Part shown: piece after piece, positions 1-12,005 of the stretch
How the letters are laid out: each line of letters starts with the position of its first letter
Position numbering within the stretch: the first letter of the stretch is position 1
The notes under the pieces: generated by a model
Databases searched by the model: none
The model's input: the letters and a program-made list of their open reading frames with translations, nothing else
What the model was told of the DNA's origin: nothing
Source of the DNA: Octopus vulgaris
Lineage: Eukaryota
Reading direction: 5' to 3'
NCBI GenBank assembly: GCA_951406725.2
Contig: OX597824.1
Coordinates: 36,208,001 to 36,272,000 of the forward strand
Length of the DNA stretch: 64,000 nt
Translations under genes and position numbers: made by a program

Positions 1-29
1 TCTAAACTATTTTATGTATTTTTAAACAG

Positions 30-116
30 ACTGTTTTAGTGAGTGGCCATATTGACAGCTGGGATGTTGGTCAAGGAGCCATGGATGATGGGGGAGGTGC
101 CTTTATTTCCTGGCAG
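30..116 (+). CDS. CPQ: Carboxypeptidase Q (M28 peptidase), internal coding exon
   Basis: AG|...|GT exon encoding [29 protein letters not shown], with the M28 metal-binding H and D motifs; upstream exons lie outside the window. Confidence 0.95.
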
Positions 117-244
117 GTATTTATCTTAAAATTTTAATAATTCATTTTTACTTTGGCATTTTTACTAAAATATAAGTTCTGATAAATGTTTAACATCATC
201 TTATTTATTTATTTGCTTTAGTTGTCATTGAAATATTTTTGCTA

Positions 245-468
245 TAACCCTTTAGAATTTAAACCAATCACATCCAGCTCAAATATTCTACATGTATTAT
301 GGTAACTAGTCAGATCCAGCTTTTCACACCTACCCTACAATGTTATTCTAAAAATAATCAAACACTGCATTGAAATCTTTTAGCTATGATATAATGCATT
401 ATTAATTCAGAATATTGTGAATAGATAAGCATTATATTTGACAGAGTAATCTGAATGCTAAAGGGTTA
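245..468. mobile_element. piggyBac-type MITE (AACCCTTTAG...CTAAAGGGTT); related copies at 34572..34800 and 51659..51951
   Basis: Terminal inverted repeats with CCC/GGG ends; the 34572 copy has perfect TTAA flanks. Confidence 0.75.
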
Positions 469-684
469 GTTTATTTTTATGGACAGAGGCATAGCAGTTT
501 AATGCCATGTGATATTATATACCATACATAAAACAATTGGAGAATCAAATTACCTTCGAGATTATTTTGAAAGTTAAATGTCCTGCTGTATATTTGTTTT
601 AGCCTTACTGGGGATCTTTTAGTTTCAGCTTAATTCTATCATGCTGTGTTCCCAGTATACCAGGAATAGCCTAGATACATAACA

Positions 685-1000
685 TGGCAGTCCTGACTAG
701 GATTATGTTACTACTTTTTAACCCTAGGAAAACATCTTTTCCACCTGATTTATCAACACATGAAATATGTCTTAGATATACTGTAAGCAAGGGGGCTCAC
801 TGCTCCCTTCTAGCCATTGGCAGTACCAGCAGACTAATGGTTTCTGGGTTATTTCACTTCCTCAGTGCTGGATAGAAGGGAGCAGTGAACCCCCTTGCTT
901 GCAGTATGTCTAGGACACAGGTCATGTGTCAATAAACCAGCTGGAAAAGATATTTTCCTGAGATTAAAAAGTAGTAACATAGTCCTAGTCAGGACTACCA
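685..1000. repeat. Fold-back/MITE-like inverted repeat (arms about 132 bp, spacer about 52 bp)
   Basis: 685..816 is the diverged reverse complement of 869..1000. Confidence 0.85.
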
Positions 1001-2009
1001 CATTATTATGTTGGCAAGTTAAAATAACTATCCAGTACTGTTACTATTTAGATTCCAAATTGGCTATTTAAATCTAACCAAGATCTACAGGATTCCCGTT
1101 AAAGCTGTAATGAACAAGAAAAAGAAGATAAAATACTATAAATAGACAACCAATCACATTGCAGCTTTGTAATGAAGTGTGTTAATAGTAGCCTACTTAG
1201 CTGTTGTTTATTTTTGTTTCTTATAAAATAACAAAAGAACGATTCTTTTGCAATGAAATGAGTGCATAATGAACCCAGAACAAAAAAGGCCAAGACTCTT
1301 TACAGTTGAGGAAATCATTGATGATATTTACTCTTAAGATGAATAACTTATCCTTATGCAGACAATAAGAGTGATGTGGACATCAAACTGGTTAAAGAGA
1401 TGAGGAAAGTAGCAATTCAGGCAAACAAATATGTTAGTTGAGAGACAGACTTATAGTTGTTATTCTCCTGAATTTTTAACCATTTTATCCGTTTGTTTGC
1501 CATCTATCATTATTCTTGAGCTGTGTACGCAACTATTTATTTTGTTTGACTCAGGAGACCAAGTGGAGGGTTAAGTTAGACAAAAGGGCACAGATCTGAG
1601 AGAGTTAATGTGAGATGGATACAATTCATATTTAAACTACAACCAGCCATCACTTGTGGCTTGGTAAGTTGCACCATGCTTTCTCTAATTGATTCAGGGA
1701 CCTCTATAGTCATTGGTAGACATAGACGCCCTCCCAATTTTCTTACAGTTGACCCTGTGAAATATTCAGAAGGTGACACCTGGAATGAGAGAAAGGGCTG
1801 CACTGGTATCCAGTTCATATTCTTTATAGATATTTATATTGGTGGATCATGAAATGAAACACCTTGCTCAAAAGGATGCAATTCATTGTTAAGTCTAAGA
1901 ATTTACCAGTAATTTTAAGAAGAAGGAATTCGTTTTTGTTTAAAATATTTTATTTCAGTAGTTTTTTTTGTGTAAATGAAATAATTATTTATTGTAAATG
2001 ACTTTCTAG

Positions 2010-2081
2010 GCTATAACAATTCTCCATGAATTGGGTCTGCGGCCTAAAAGGACTGTTCGAGCTGTTTTATGGACTGCTGAG
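2010..2081 (+). CDS. CPQ: CPQ coding exon
   Basis: ctag|GCT..GAG|gtaagg; AITILHELGLRPKRTVRAVLWTAE; phase 0/0. Confidence 0.95.
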
Positions 2082-2820
2082 GTAAGGTATTTCTTTTTCC
2101 ATACATCCAAGGAATTTATCCAGGAAAGGGCAACAAAGAAGGAGGTAGGGGAGAGGGGCTTCCATATACCCTCCACAATCAAGTAAGAGGGAACCCTAGC
2201 TGATATGTGGCAGAATATGTGCTTCATCAACTGGGGCAAGGCATACAGGAGCATACTCCTGATGTTTGAAACCAAGAATCAGGCTGAGTTGGTGCATCAT
2301 ATGCCTATCCACTCAGGCTAATATTACAATACACAGGTCCCAGAAGTAGGAGGGTCATTCTTGGATTGCCATCTGCTTTGCATACTGAAAGGATTGGTTG
2401 ACTGGCAAAATTGTTAGGGCATCAGGAAAAATGCTTTATGGTGTTTATTCTGACTCTTAGCATTCTCTTAGTTCCAATCTTGCTGAGCTCAACTTCATCT
2501 TTTATCCTTTGAAGATTATCAAAATAAAGCACATGTCAAGTACTGGGGTCCGTGGCATTAACTTATTGCCTTTCTTCAAAATTGTTGGCCTTCTGCTTAA
2601 ATCATTATTATTATTATTATTATTATAAAAAGCACCCACTACACACTCAGAGTGGTTGGTGTTAGGAAGGGCATCCAGCTGTAGAAACTCTGCCAGATTA
2701 AGATTGGAGACTGGTGCAGCCATCTAGCTTGCCAGCCCTCAGTCAAAATCATCCAACCTATGCTAGCATGGAAAGCGGACGTTAAACGATGATTATTATT
2801 ATTATCATTATTATTATTAT

Positions 2821-3990
2821 TGAGTGAGAGAGTAGTGCATGCCATCAAAGTGACTCTGAGGTAAAATATACAAAGCCCAGTATATGCATCCTGACTACCT
2901 GTCTGATAATGGTACACCAGGCACACGCATTACAACCATATGTGCATGACATGGTGATCTCATATCAAGATAAACAGCACATGACCTTGCAGGTGGGGCC
3001 CAGTTAGAATTTTCTTCTGGTAATGTAGCCCATCATACTCAAAAGGTCCCTGAATAAGGATTGTTTAAGGATGTTGAACGAACCACCCATGTTTCCAAAG
3101 GTGAATTATCCAAACCTCCAAGAACTCTTTTCAACACATGGCTATGATGCTGCCCCACTACTTCTGCTCGTGGTCAGAGATGCACATATCGTCAGCCACT
3201 AAAAGACATGGTCAACTGGTTAAGGTCAAACAACTGACAAGCAAATCTGTGGTATTGAGCAGAATATTTGCTGTAGCCCATCTTTTATACCAAGACAAAA
3301 CAATGTACATGATAACACTTCCAATCAGTTAAGATCAGAAGCCATGAGAGTGACTGTCTGGTACTGCATCAGAGCATTCACTGCATCAGGGCATTATTAT
3401 TATTATTATTATTGAGTGAGAGAGCAGTGCATGCCATCAAAGTGACACTGGGGTAAAATATACGAAGTCCAATATACCCATCATGACTACCCATCTGATA
3501 AAGGTACACCAAGCATCACAACCGTATGTGCGCGACATGGTGATCTCATATCAAGATAAACAGCACATGACCTTGCAGGTGGGGCCCAGTTAGAATTTTC
3601 TTCAGGTTGAGTAGCCCATCCTGCTCAAAAGGTCCCTGAATAAGGGTTGTTTAAGGATGTTGAAAGAACCACCCATGTTTCCAGAGGTGAATTATTCAAA
3701 CCCCAAAGAATCCCTCTCAACACATGGCTATGATACTCCCCCACTACTTCTGCTCGTGGTCAGAGATGCACATATCATCAGCCACTAAAAGACATGGTCA
3801 ACTGGTTAAGGTCAAACAACTGACAAGCAAATCTGTGGTATTGAGCAGAATATTTGCTGTAGCCCATCTTTTATACCAAGACAAAACAATGTACATGATA
3901 ACACTTCCAATCAGTTAATATCAGAAGCCATGAGAGCGACTGTCTGGTACTGCATCAGAGCATTCACTGCATCAGGGCATTATTATTATG

Positions 3991-4043
<53 letters not shown>

Positions 4044-4541
4044 CATCATCATTATTATCATTGTGTGAGAGAGCGATGGATACAAGTATAAGAAGCCCAA
4101 TATACCTATCTGATAGGGTACACCAGGCACATGCACCACAACCATATATCAAGATAAACTACACATGACCTTGCAGGTGGGGCTCAGTTAAAATTTTCTT
4201 CAGGTCGAGTGGCCCATCCCACTCAAAAGGTTCCTGAATAAGGTTTGTTTAAGGATGAAGAGCAGAGCACCCATGTTTTCAGAGGTGAATTATTCAAACC
4301 CCACAAAATTCCTGGCTATGATGCTCCCCTACTACTTCTGCTCATGATCAGAGATGTACATATCATCAGCCACCAAGGAACATGCTCAACTGGTTACAGT
4401 CAAACAAATAACAAGCAAATCTGTGGTGTTGAGCAGAATATTTTCTGTGGTGCATCTTTTATACAAAGGCAAAACATGTAGACGATAGCACTTCTAATCA
4501 ATAAAGATCAGAAGCCATAAGAGCCATTTTCTGGTATGGCA
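2821..4541. repeat. Three head-to-tail copies of a ~480-580 bp interspersed repeat separated by (TTA)n tracts
   Basis: Copies start near 2821, 3412 and 4061 (TTGAGTGAGAGAG-like start) and end GGCATT; ORFs 3138..3332 and 3724..3918 are almost identical. Confidence 0.85.
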
Positions 4542-4574
4542 TTATTATTATCACTATTATCATTATTATATTTT

Positions 4575-5036
4575 AAAAAAGATTGATGTAACTCTTCACA
4601 AAGGTAAACAGTCAAGACGAAGAGCACGATTCAATTGTAAGATATTTTATTAGTTGAACGATATTTCAACAGTACGTCTGTCTTTGTCAAGTTCAAAATA
4701 AGAAGTGATAAAAATTCAAAATTACAGAAATTTAAACGTAAGGTATGAATGAGAGCAACCAGTGTCCACATGTTGATGGAATGACATCATCAGTTTTTAA
4801 GTTACAATTTTATAACAGGCGAAAAGAAAAAGACAGAAAAAAAGGAAAGAAAAAGAGAGAAAGAAGAATATTTAATCAAACAGTTTTGTACAAATTTGAT
4901 GATATTCTCCTGTCATCTTATTCATTCCTCCAGGGCGTGATGTTAATAACCCGCAAACATATTTTTCCTCATACATTCTGAGAAGTGAAAATAAGCAGAT
5001 TCAGAATATTTTCTGAGAATATGCACTTTCAAGTTG
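4575..5036 (-). mobile_element. Penelope-like element 3' remnant (GIY-YIG C-terminus plus decayed hammerhead)
   Basis: Minus strand reads NLKVHILRKY / LRMYEEKYVCGLLTSRPGGMN (frameshifted), resembling the PLE 'E..WI..L.T..P.GLN' ending; followed by an HHR-like motif at 4654..4696. Confidence 0.6.
4654..4696 (-). ncRNA. Decayed minimal type-I hammerhead ribozyme
   Basis: ttgaac-TTGACAA-a-gacag/acgta/ctgtt-GAAA-T-ATC-gttcaa; stem I is perfect, the core has 2 substitutions versus CUGANGA. Confidence 0.55.
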
Positions 5037-5369
5037 ACACATTAAAAGCACCGTCCGAACGTGGCAGATGCCAGCGCTGCCTGACTGCCGTCTGTGTCGG
5101 TGACACGTAAAAAGCACCAACCGATCATGGCTGTTTGCCAGCCTCCTCTGGCCCCTGTGCCAGTGGCACCTAAAAAGCACCCACTACACTCATGGAGTGG
5201 TTGGCGTTAGGAAGGGCATCCAGCTATAGAAACACTGCCAGATCAGACTGGAGCCTGGTGCAGCCACCTGGCTTCCCAGACCCCAGTCGAACCATTCAAC
5301 CCATGCTAGCATGGAAAACGGACATTAAACGATGATGCTGCTGATGATATATATATGTATATATATATA

Positions 5370-5735
5370 TTACTCTTTTACCATTTGAGTGTGGCCATGC
5401 TGGAATACCATCTTTTAGTTGAAGAAATCAACCCCTGGACTTATTCTTTGTAAGCCTGGTACTTATTCTATCGGTATCTTTTGCCAAACTGCTAAGTTAC
5501 AGGGATGTAAACACACCAACATTGGTTTCTAAGCGACAGTGGGGGGCAACAAACACAGACACAAATAGATACACATAATACATATATATAGGACATACTT
5601 CATTCAGTTTCTGTCAACCAAATCCATTGATATTGCTTTGGTTGGCACAAGGGTATAGTAGAAGACACTTGCCCAAGGACTGAACCTGGAACTATATGGT
5701 TGGCAAGCAAGCTTCTTAGCACACAGTCACACCCC
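5370..5735 (-). mobile_element. tRNA-derived SINE family A (also ~10340..10697-, 14190..14670-, 14763..15125+, 35555..35668+, 41935..42292-, 44740..44900+, 57085..57395-)
   Basis: Shared head GGAGTGGCTGTGTGGTAAGAAGCTTGC..GGTTCAGTCCC (A/B-box-like) and shared body ..AAAGCCTTGTGAGTGGATTTGGTAGA.. Confidence 0.8.
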
Positions 5736-5797
5736 ACCTATGTATATATAACTATACATTATATATATATGCATATATATATATTTATATACATACT

Positions 5798-6812
5798 GAG
5801 GGAGCTGAACACATCACAAACCCCTTCAGGTAGATGGCCCTGCTCAATCTGTAACAAAGATGTAGGTAGAAACTCCATAAGATGTACCCAGTGTAAACTA
5901 TGGACACAAAAGGAAGGTCACCAAGAAGATAGCTTTTGTGTGTGGCAGATGCACAGAGGCAACAAGCACCACAGGTGATCAGAAAACTGATTCCATCACA
6001 TGCCAGGAGGAGAAACTAGAAGTAGTTGATAGCTTCTTTCTGCTACATAGGCTACCAAGTCTGTAGTCGTGGTGGATGCTTGGAGAGTGTTGTCACTAGA
6101 ATAAGAATAGCCTGGGCAAAGTTCAGAAAGCTCCTGCTTCTACTGGTGACAAAGGGCCTCTCACTCAGAGTGAAAGGTAGATTGTATGATGCATGTGTGT
6201 GAACTGCCATGCTACACAGCAGTGAAACATGGGCCGTGACTGCATGAAAGAAATGAAGCTAGTATGATCCACTGGATGTGTAACGTCAGTGTGCACACAT
6301 GACAGAGTGTAAGCACCTTGAGAGAAATGTTGGGCATAAGACGTATCAGATGTGGTGTGCAAGAAAGACAACTGCACTGAATTAGTCATGTGCTGCATAT
6401 GGACGAGGAGAGCTGTGTGAAGAAGTGTCGTTCCCTAACAGTGGAAGAAACCTGTAAAAGAGGGAGACACAGGAAGACATGGGATGAGGTGGTGAAGCAT
6501 GACCTTCAAATATTGGGCCTCACAGAGGCAATGATAAAAGACTGAAACCTCTGGAGATATGCTGTGATTGAGAAGACCTGGCAAGTAAAGTGAGATCACA
6601 GCCATAGCCTACACCAGTGTCACATAACCAACCCACTTAAAAAGTACCTTTGAATCATTGGGTGACATTCCATGCTTGAGGAGACCTATTGAGTCAAGAA
6701 AAATCAAAATAGAAATCAAATCAAATCACAATCAAATGGAAATTGTAGTTGTGGCAGATGCCATTGCTGCCTAGTTGGCTCCCATACTGGTGGCAGGCAA
6801 TAAGCACCATTC
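5798..6812 (+). mobile_element. 5'-truncated, frameshifted copy of the RTE LINE at 18209..22024
   Basis: Encodes PSGRWPCSICNKDVGRNSIRCTQCKLWT and stays colinear with the 3' part of the ORF and the UTR. Confidence 0.9.
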
Positions 6813-7460
6813 GAGAGTGGATCAGAAATAAAATGTCTTGCTCAAGAACACAACATGCAGCCCGGTCTGGGAATCGAACGCACAACCTCATGATCATAAG
6901 CTCGACACTCTAACCACTGAGCTATGTAACTTCATTCTCTCTCTCTCTCTCTCTCTCTCAATCTACATATATATATATATATATATATATATGTTAATGT
7001 ATGTATGTAAATGTATGTATGTATGTATGTATATATCAGTGTAAGTATGTATTACTGTTTCTTTACTTTTATGTGATAGTTGTAAATGAGAGCCACTATC
7101 ATGCAAGTTGTGTCTTTCATGGGAACTTGTCAGGTAATAAAATATTACCTAATTAGGAAACAGGTGAGGGCTGGTGACAGTTTCTTTCCACTATGCATTG
7201 AGCAGACACTAGCTAACACCACCACCAGCAGCAGCAGCAGCAGCAGTAGTAATGGCAGCTGTGATAAGCAAAATAAAAAATAGAAATGACGTAAGTGTGA
7301 TATTTGCCACTGTCAACAGCAGCAGGGAAAACAGCAACATTAATAAGACTGACAAGTGTCACAGAAGTACCTGTGAAGTGGAAGGGTAAAAGATTATGTT
7401 TCAAGGTCTAACTCATTTACTGGAGAACAAAGGCAGCAGCAGCAGCAACAACAACAACAA

Positions 7461-7810
7461 CATCATCATCATCATCGTTTAACGTCCGCTTTCCATGCTG
7501 GGAAGCCAGAAGGCTGCACCAGGCCCAGTCTGATCTGGCAGTGTTTCTACAGCTGGATGCCCTTCCTAATGCCAACCACTCCGAGAGTGTAGTGGGTGCT
7601 TTTTATGTGCCACCTGCACAGGTGCCAGACGAGGCTGGCAAACGGCCACAATGAGATGGTGCTTTTTATGTGCCACCGGCACGGGGGCCAGACGAGGCTG
7701 GCAACGGCCACAATCAGATGGTGCTTTTTCCATGCCACCGGCATGGAGGCCAGTCGGGGCGGCGCTGGCAACGGCCACGTTCGGATGGTTTTCTTACGTG
7801 CCACTGACAC
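7461..7810 (-). mobile_element. RTE LINE 3'-UTR/tail fragment (many more at e.g. 2628..2795, 5040..5348, 8962..9124, 32665..33125, 48860..49033, 54142..54432)
   Basis: Matches 21690..22024 and ends GGACGTTAAAC(GAT)n. Confidence 0.9.
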
Positions 7811-7821
7811 AAACGAATATA

Positions 7822-7913
7822 CGCCTGCAGAGGGACTCGAACCCGCGACCCTCAGATAACTTCCAATGTCAGTATATAAAAGTCTGATGTTCTACAGACT
7901 GAGCTATGCAAGA
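7822..7913 (-). pseudogene. Intron-containing tRNA-Lys(TTT), probably a pseudogene
   Basis: TCTTGCATAGCTCAGTCTGTAGAACATCAGACTTTTA[19-nt intron 7858..7876]ATCTGAGGGTCGCGGGTTCGAGTCCCTCTGCAGGCG; intron at the canonical 37/38 position; mismatches at pair 1:72, in the D-arm and in the T-stem. Confidence 0.8.
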
Positions 7914-8197
7914 AACAGTAGTGAGGGCAACCTCACGAGCAATTGATATTTTGCTTTGATGGTAACGAAATCAAGGCAGTTGTGTAACTTTCCATTAGCT
8001 GACAAAATCACAAAACTCATAAAAGTTAAACAACTTGTGAAATTGAATAGAAGAGAGCAGAAGTTGTATCAGCTGAAATTTTGCAAAATCTGCCAGGAAA
8101 AACAGTCATCTATTGGTATATATTTGCTAAAACCTGACGCTTGGAATCAGCTTCACAAATACAGGTGGAAAGAGTCCTTGAAGAAATATATATTTCT

Positions 8198-8420
8198 TTA
8201 CTACCCATAACGTGCTAAACACAGAGGGGACAAACAAGGACAGACAAAGGGATTAAGTCGATTACATTGACCCCAGTGCATAACTGGTACTTAATTTATC
8301 GACCCCCGAAAGGATAAAAGGCAAAGTCGACCTCTGCGGAATTTGAACTCAGAACGTAACGGCAGATGAAATACGGCTACACATTTCGCCCGGCATGCTA
8401 ACGTTTCTGCCAGCTCGCCA
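8198..8420 (-). mobile_element. SINE family B (also ~13095..13300-, 13665..13880+, 27634..27845+, 33790..33995+, 41488..41705+, 43017..43220+)
   Basis: Shared GGCGAGCTGGCAGAA..GAGTTCAAATTCC..GACTTTGCCTTTCATCCTTTCGGGGTCGA. Confidence 0.8.
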
Positions 8421-8922
8421 CCTGCAGACATATGAGAGGATGCTGTAAAGTTCCTTGCTTTGGGTAAAAGAAAATGCAGGAGGATCAATTAATTATGATT
8501 TTATTCAACATATTCCCTTCTCAGATTCACACACTTATTGCAGTGGCCTTTCAGTTTTTCTAAGCCCTGTAAAAGAACTTGCAAGGTTGGGCTTCCAACC
8601 AGGCCTTGTGTGATACATTTAAAACCACAAACTTTTCAGCACCTCCTCGTGTGTATAGATATATGTAGCTAGACAGATGGGGAGTGTAGTGGTTTTCTTC
8701 AATAGCAAAGCACTCAAGATGAAACACTGCATAGCTCCCATTCATGACAAGGTTTTCACTCAATACTCAGTTTATTTACTGGAGGAGGTGAAAAAGATCT
8801 CAGATCTAATCTCCCAAGAGTGGAGCTGTGAGTTGTGGTTGAAGGCAAAAATCAAAAAAATCCATTTATGTGGTGCAGAAGGCCACTTCAAAGTTTTCTT
8901 CTCTCAACAAATCTCACTGAAG

Positions 8923-8958
<36 letters not shown>

Positions 8959-9092
8959 ATATTGGCGTTAGGAAGGGCATCCAGCTGTAGAAACATTGCC
9001 AGATAAGACCGGAGCCTGGTGCAGCCTTCTGGCTTCCCAGATCCCCGGTTGAACCGTCCAACCCATGCTAGCATGGAGAACGGACGTTAAAC

Positions 9093-9125
<33 letters not shown>

Positions 9126-9594
9126 ATCATCAGATATATATCATTATCATCATTACTTAACATCCGTTTTACCTGCTGGAATATGTTGGATGGTTTGACA
9201 GGATCCAATGAGTTGAAGGGCTGTGTTGAGCACCATGCCTGTCCTGGTACACATGTGTGCACATGCATGCACACACACACATACACATTACACATAAACA
9301 CAAAGGAACAAAGTATATTTAAATACATACATGTGTACACACTAGAGAAGTAAAAGAAAGGCAATAAGAAAAGCTTAGTGGCAGGGTGTAGGATGTGCAG
9401 GGGGTGGAATGGACAAGAAAAACGGAACCAAATGTATTGTTCCAAGTGTCAGAAAAAAAAAAGTGATTTTTGAAAGAATTTTCAGATTCACTGAAGTTTT
9501 TTAGGGTTGACATTTACTGAAATATTCTGGTTTATTTTCCTTTTTCTTGTATGTGAAAGATTCAAAATTATTTAAATTTCTATGTTTCATTTAG

Positions 9595-9639
9595 GAGGAA
9601 GGTTATGTTGGCTCAAGCCAATATTTCGAGAGACACAAG
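9595..9639 (+). CDS. CPQ: CPQ coding exon
   Basis: ttag|GAG..AAG|gtaagt; EEGYVGSSQYFERHK completes the catalytic WTAEE motif. Confidence 0.92.
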
Positions 9640-10012
9640 GTAAGTTGTGAAACAATTTTCTTCTAAGTAATTGTTTTTTGAAATGCTTACATATATGTGT
9701 TTGTGAATGCGTCTTGGGTTTGGCTCGAGTACATGGTGTTGATAAGCCACAAAAATAACAAAACATTGATGTCCGTCATTCTTGAATAGTATTTGAGTTG
9801 AGTTATCTCGACTGTCCATGACTTGCAGGTATTTTAACACCTGGTACTTTGAGGGAATATTCTCCACCACATGAGATCACACCCTGTCAGTGGAATACAC
9901 AAAGCATATACATTAAGTATAGCCCCTTGTGGCAATAGTTTAGCCCCTTGTGGGCAATAAAGAAATATATACATTAAGTATACGTGGATATGTGGTCAAT
10001 AATATTTTCATG

Positions 10013-10043
<31 letters not shown>

Positions 10044-10143
10044 TCAAAATAAGCAACAAGGATATCCAGAGGTAATGGATATATAATCAATGTATATATT
10101 ATTTATACATAATCAAAATAAGCAACAAGGATATCCAGAGGTA

Positions 10144-10232
10144 ATGCAGTACAATCATTTCATGCAACTCTATTTAATTGAACAATGCAATCATTACATC
10201 AATTTAAAATGTAGAGCAATCTTCAGCTGCAC
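10144..10232 (-). ncRNA. Type-I hammerhead ribozyme motif with a long stem II, core intact
   Basis: gtgcag-CTGAAGA-[ttgctcta...tagagttgcat]-GAAA-tgatt-GTA-ctgcat; 6-bp stem I; GUA cleavage triplet. Confidence 0.65.
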
Positions 10233-11117
10233 AAAGACATAGAATCTAATTTATATATATGAATTTTTATGTGTGTGTGTGTGTGTGTGTGTGTGTATAC
10301 ACACATACATACACACAGCTGTATATGTATATATTCATTTATTCTTTTACTTGTTTCAGTCATTTGACTGCAGCCATGCAGGAGCACTGCCTTAAGGGGT
10401 TTTAGTTGAACAAATTGTCCCCAAGACTTATTCTATTGGTCTCTTTGCTGAACTGCCAAGTTACAGAGATGTAAACTCACCAACATCGGTTGTCAAGTAA
10501 TGATGTGGGGAGACAAAGACACAACACAAATATATACATACATATCTATATGATGAGCTTCTTTCAGTTTCTGTCTACCAAATCCACTCACAAGGCTTTA
10601 GTTGGCCCAAGGCTATAGTAGATGACACTTGCCCAAGATACCACTTGAACCTGGAACCATGTGGTTGGGAAGCACGCTTCTTACCACACAGCCACAAGTC
10701 AAATTTGCAACAAAAAATATATATATAATGCCTAATATTTATTTCTTGTTTTGTATATCCCTATACATAAAAACCCTATAACTGGAAACACAACCATGGA
10801 TTTACAATATAGAATGGTGATGAACTATAACCTTGGACCCTGCCACTAGAATATGCAGAGTTCTTTATTAATCTAAACAATATTGTTAACCTGCTGTGCT
10901 AATAGAGAGTGTATAAAGTATTTTGCCTGAATTGACAATCTCTCACTAATAACTCTGTTTTTATATGCACATATATACATGTGTATGTATGTATTAATGT
11001 TTGTTCATAGCATGTTGTGTTAAAAAGAGTTTTACATTAACTGCAGTGATTACTCAATACTTTTTGTAGAGTACATATTTGCTATACTCTTTCAAGAAGT
11101 ATAGTGACACACACACA

Positions 11118-11165
<48 letters not shown>

Positions 11166-11820
11166 TCACCACCACCACCATGGGTCAACCAGTCACAGGA
11201 GCTGGGGAACTGTCCAGACACAAATTGTCTGTTTTGGTATGGTTTCTACAGCTAGATGTCCTTCCTGATGCCACCCACTTTATAGAGTGCGCTGGCTGCT
11301 TTCTATATGCCACCAGCATGGGTGCATTTACACAGCACTGGCATGAGTGCATTTTACGTGACACCAGCACCTGCAAAGGACATGTCTGTATGAATGGATG
11401 ACCATGATTATACTTAGCTTGATGTATTTTCTCAAGTATATCAAAACACCACATCTCCTGGTCCCTTGTCATTCCCCAGTGAGACCCACTATCCGAAGTT
11501 CCTTTCTCACCACTTTATTCCATGTCTTCCCGGGTCTACCCCTTCCACAAGTTCCATCCACAGTTAGAGATCAGCACTTCATTTAAAGATCATGCAGAAG
11601 TATACAGTGTAGTGGCTGAAGAGCAGGCAAGAGGAAAGAAGTTTTGGACTGTGCTGAACAATTTCTTATCCACAAAGCAATCCAGAAGGTGCGAAGCAGC
11701 ACCGCCAAAACATGCTGACTGTGTGCAGCTATGTTATAAGGCATTTGACTCTGTTCCTCCCACACATCAAACCCTTTAGAATTTACTGTCCAACCCACAC
11801 CAACGTGAAGATAGACATTA

Positions 11821-12005
11821 AATGATGATGATGATAATGAGGATGCTGGCGATAATGATGATGATGATGATGACGACGATGACGATGATGATGTCGCCAC
11901 TCCAGTGTTGATGAAGACGACGATGACAACAACGATGATGACGACAATGACGACGATGACGACGATAATGATGATGACGATGATGACAGTGATGATGATG
12001 ATGAC
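11821..12005 (+). repeat. Compound (GAT/GAC)n microsatellite at an RTE tail
   Basis: Read directly from the sequence. Confidence 0.9.

Noticed and set aside
692-740. Hammerhead in the 685..1000 fold-back
   Set aside because: Both arms read CTGACTA rather than CUGANGA, and stems I and II do not form
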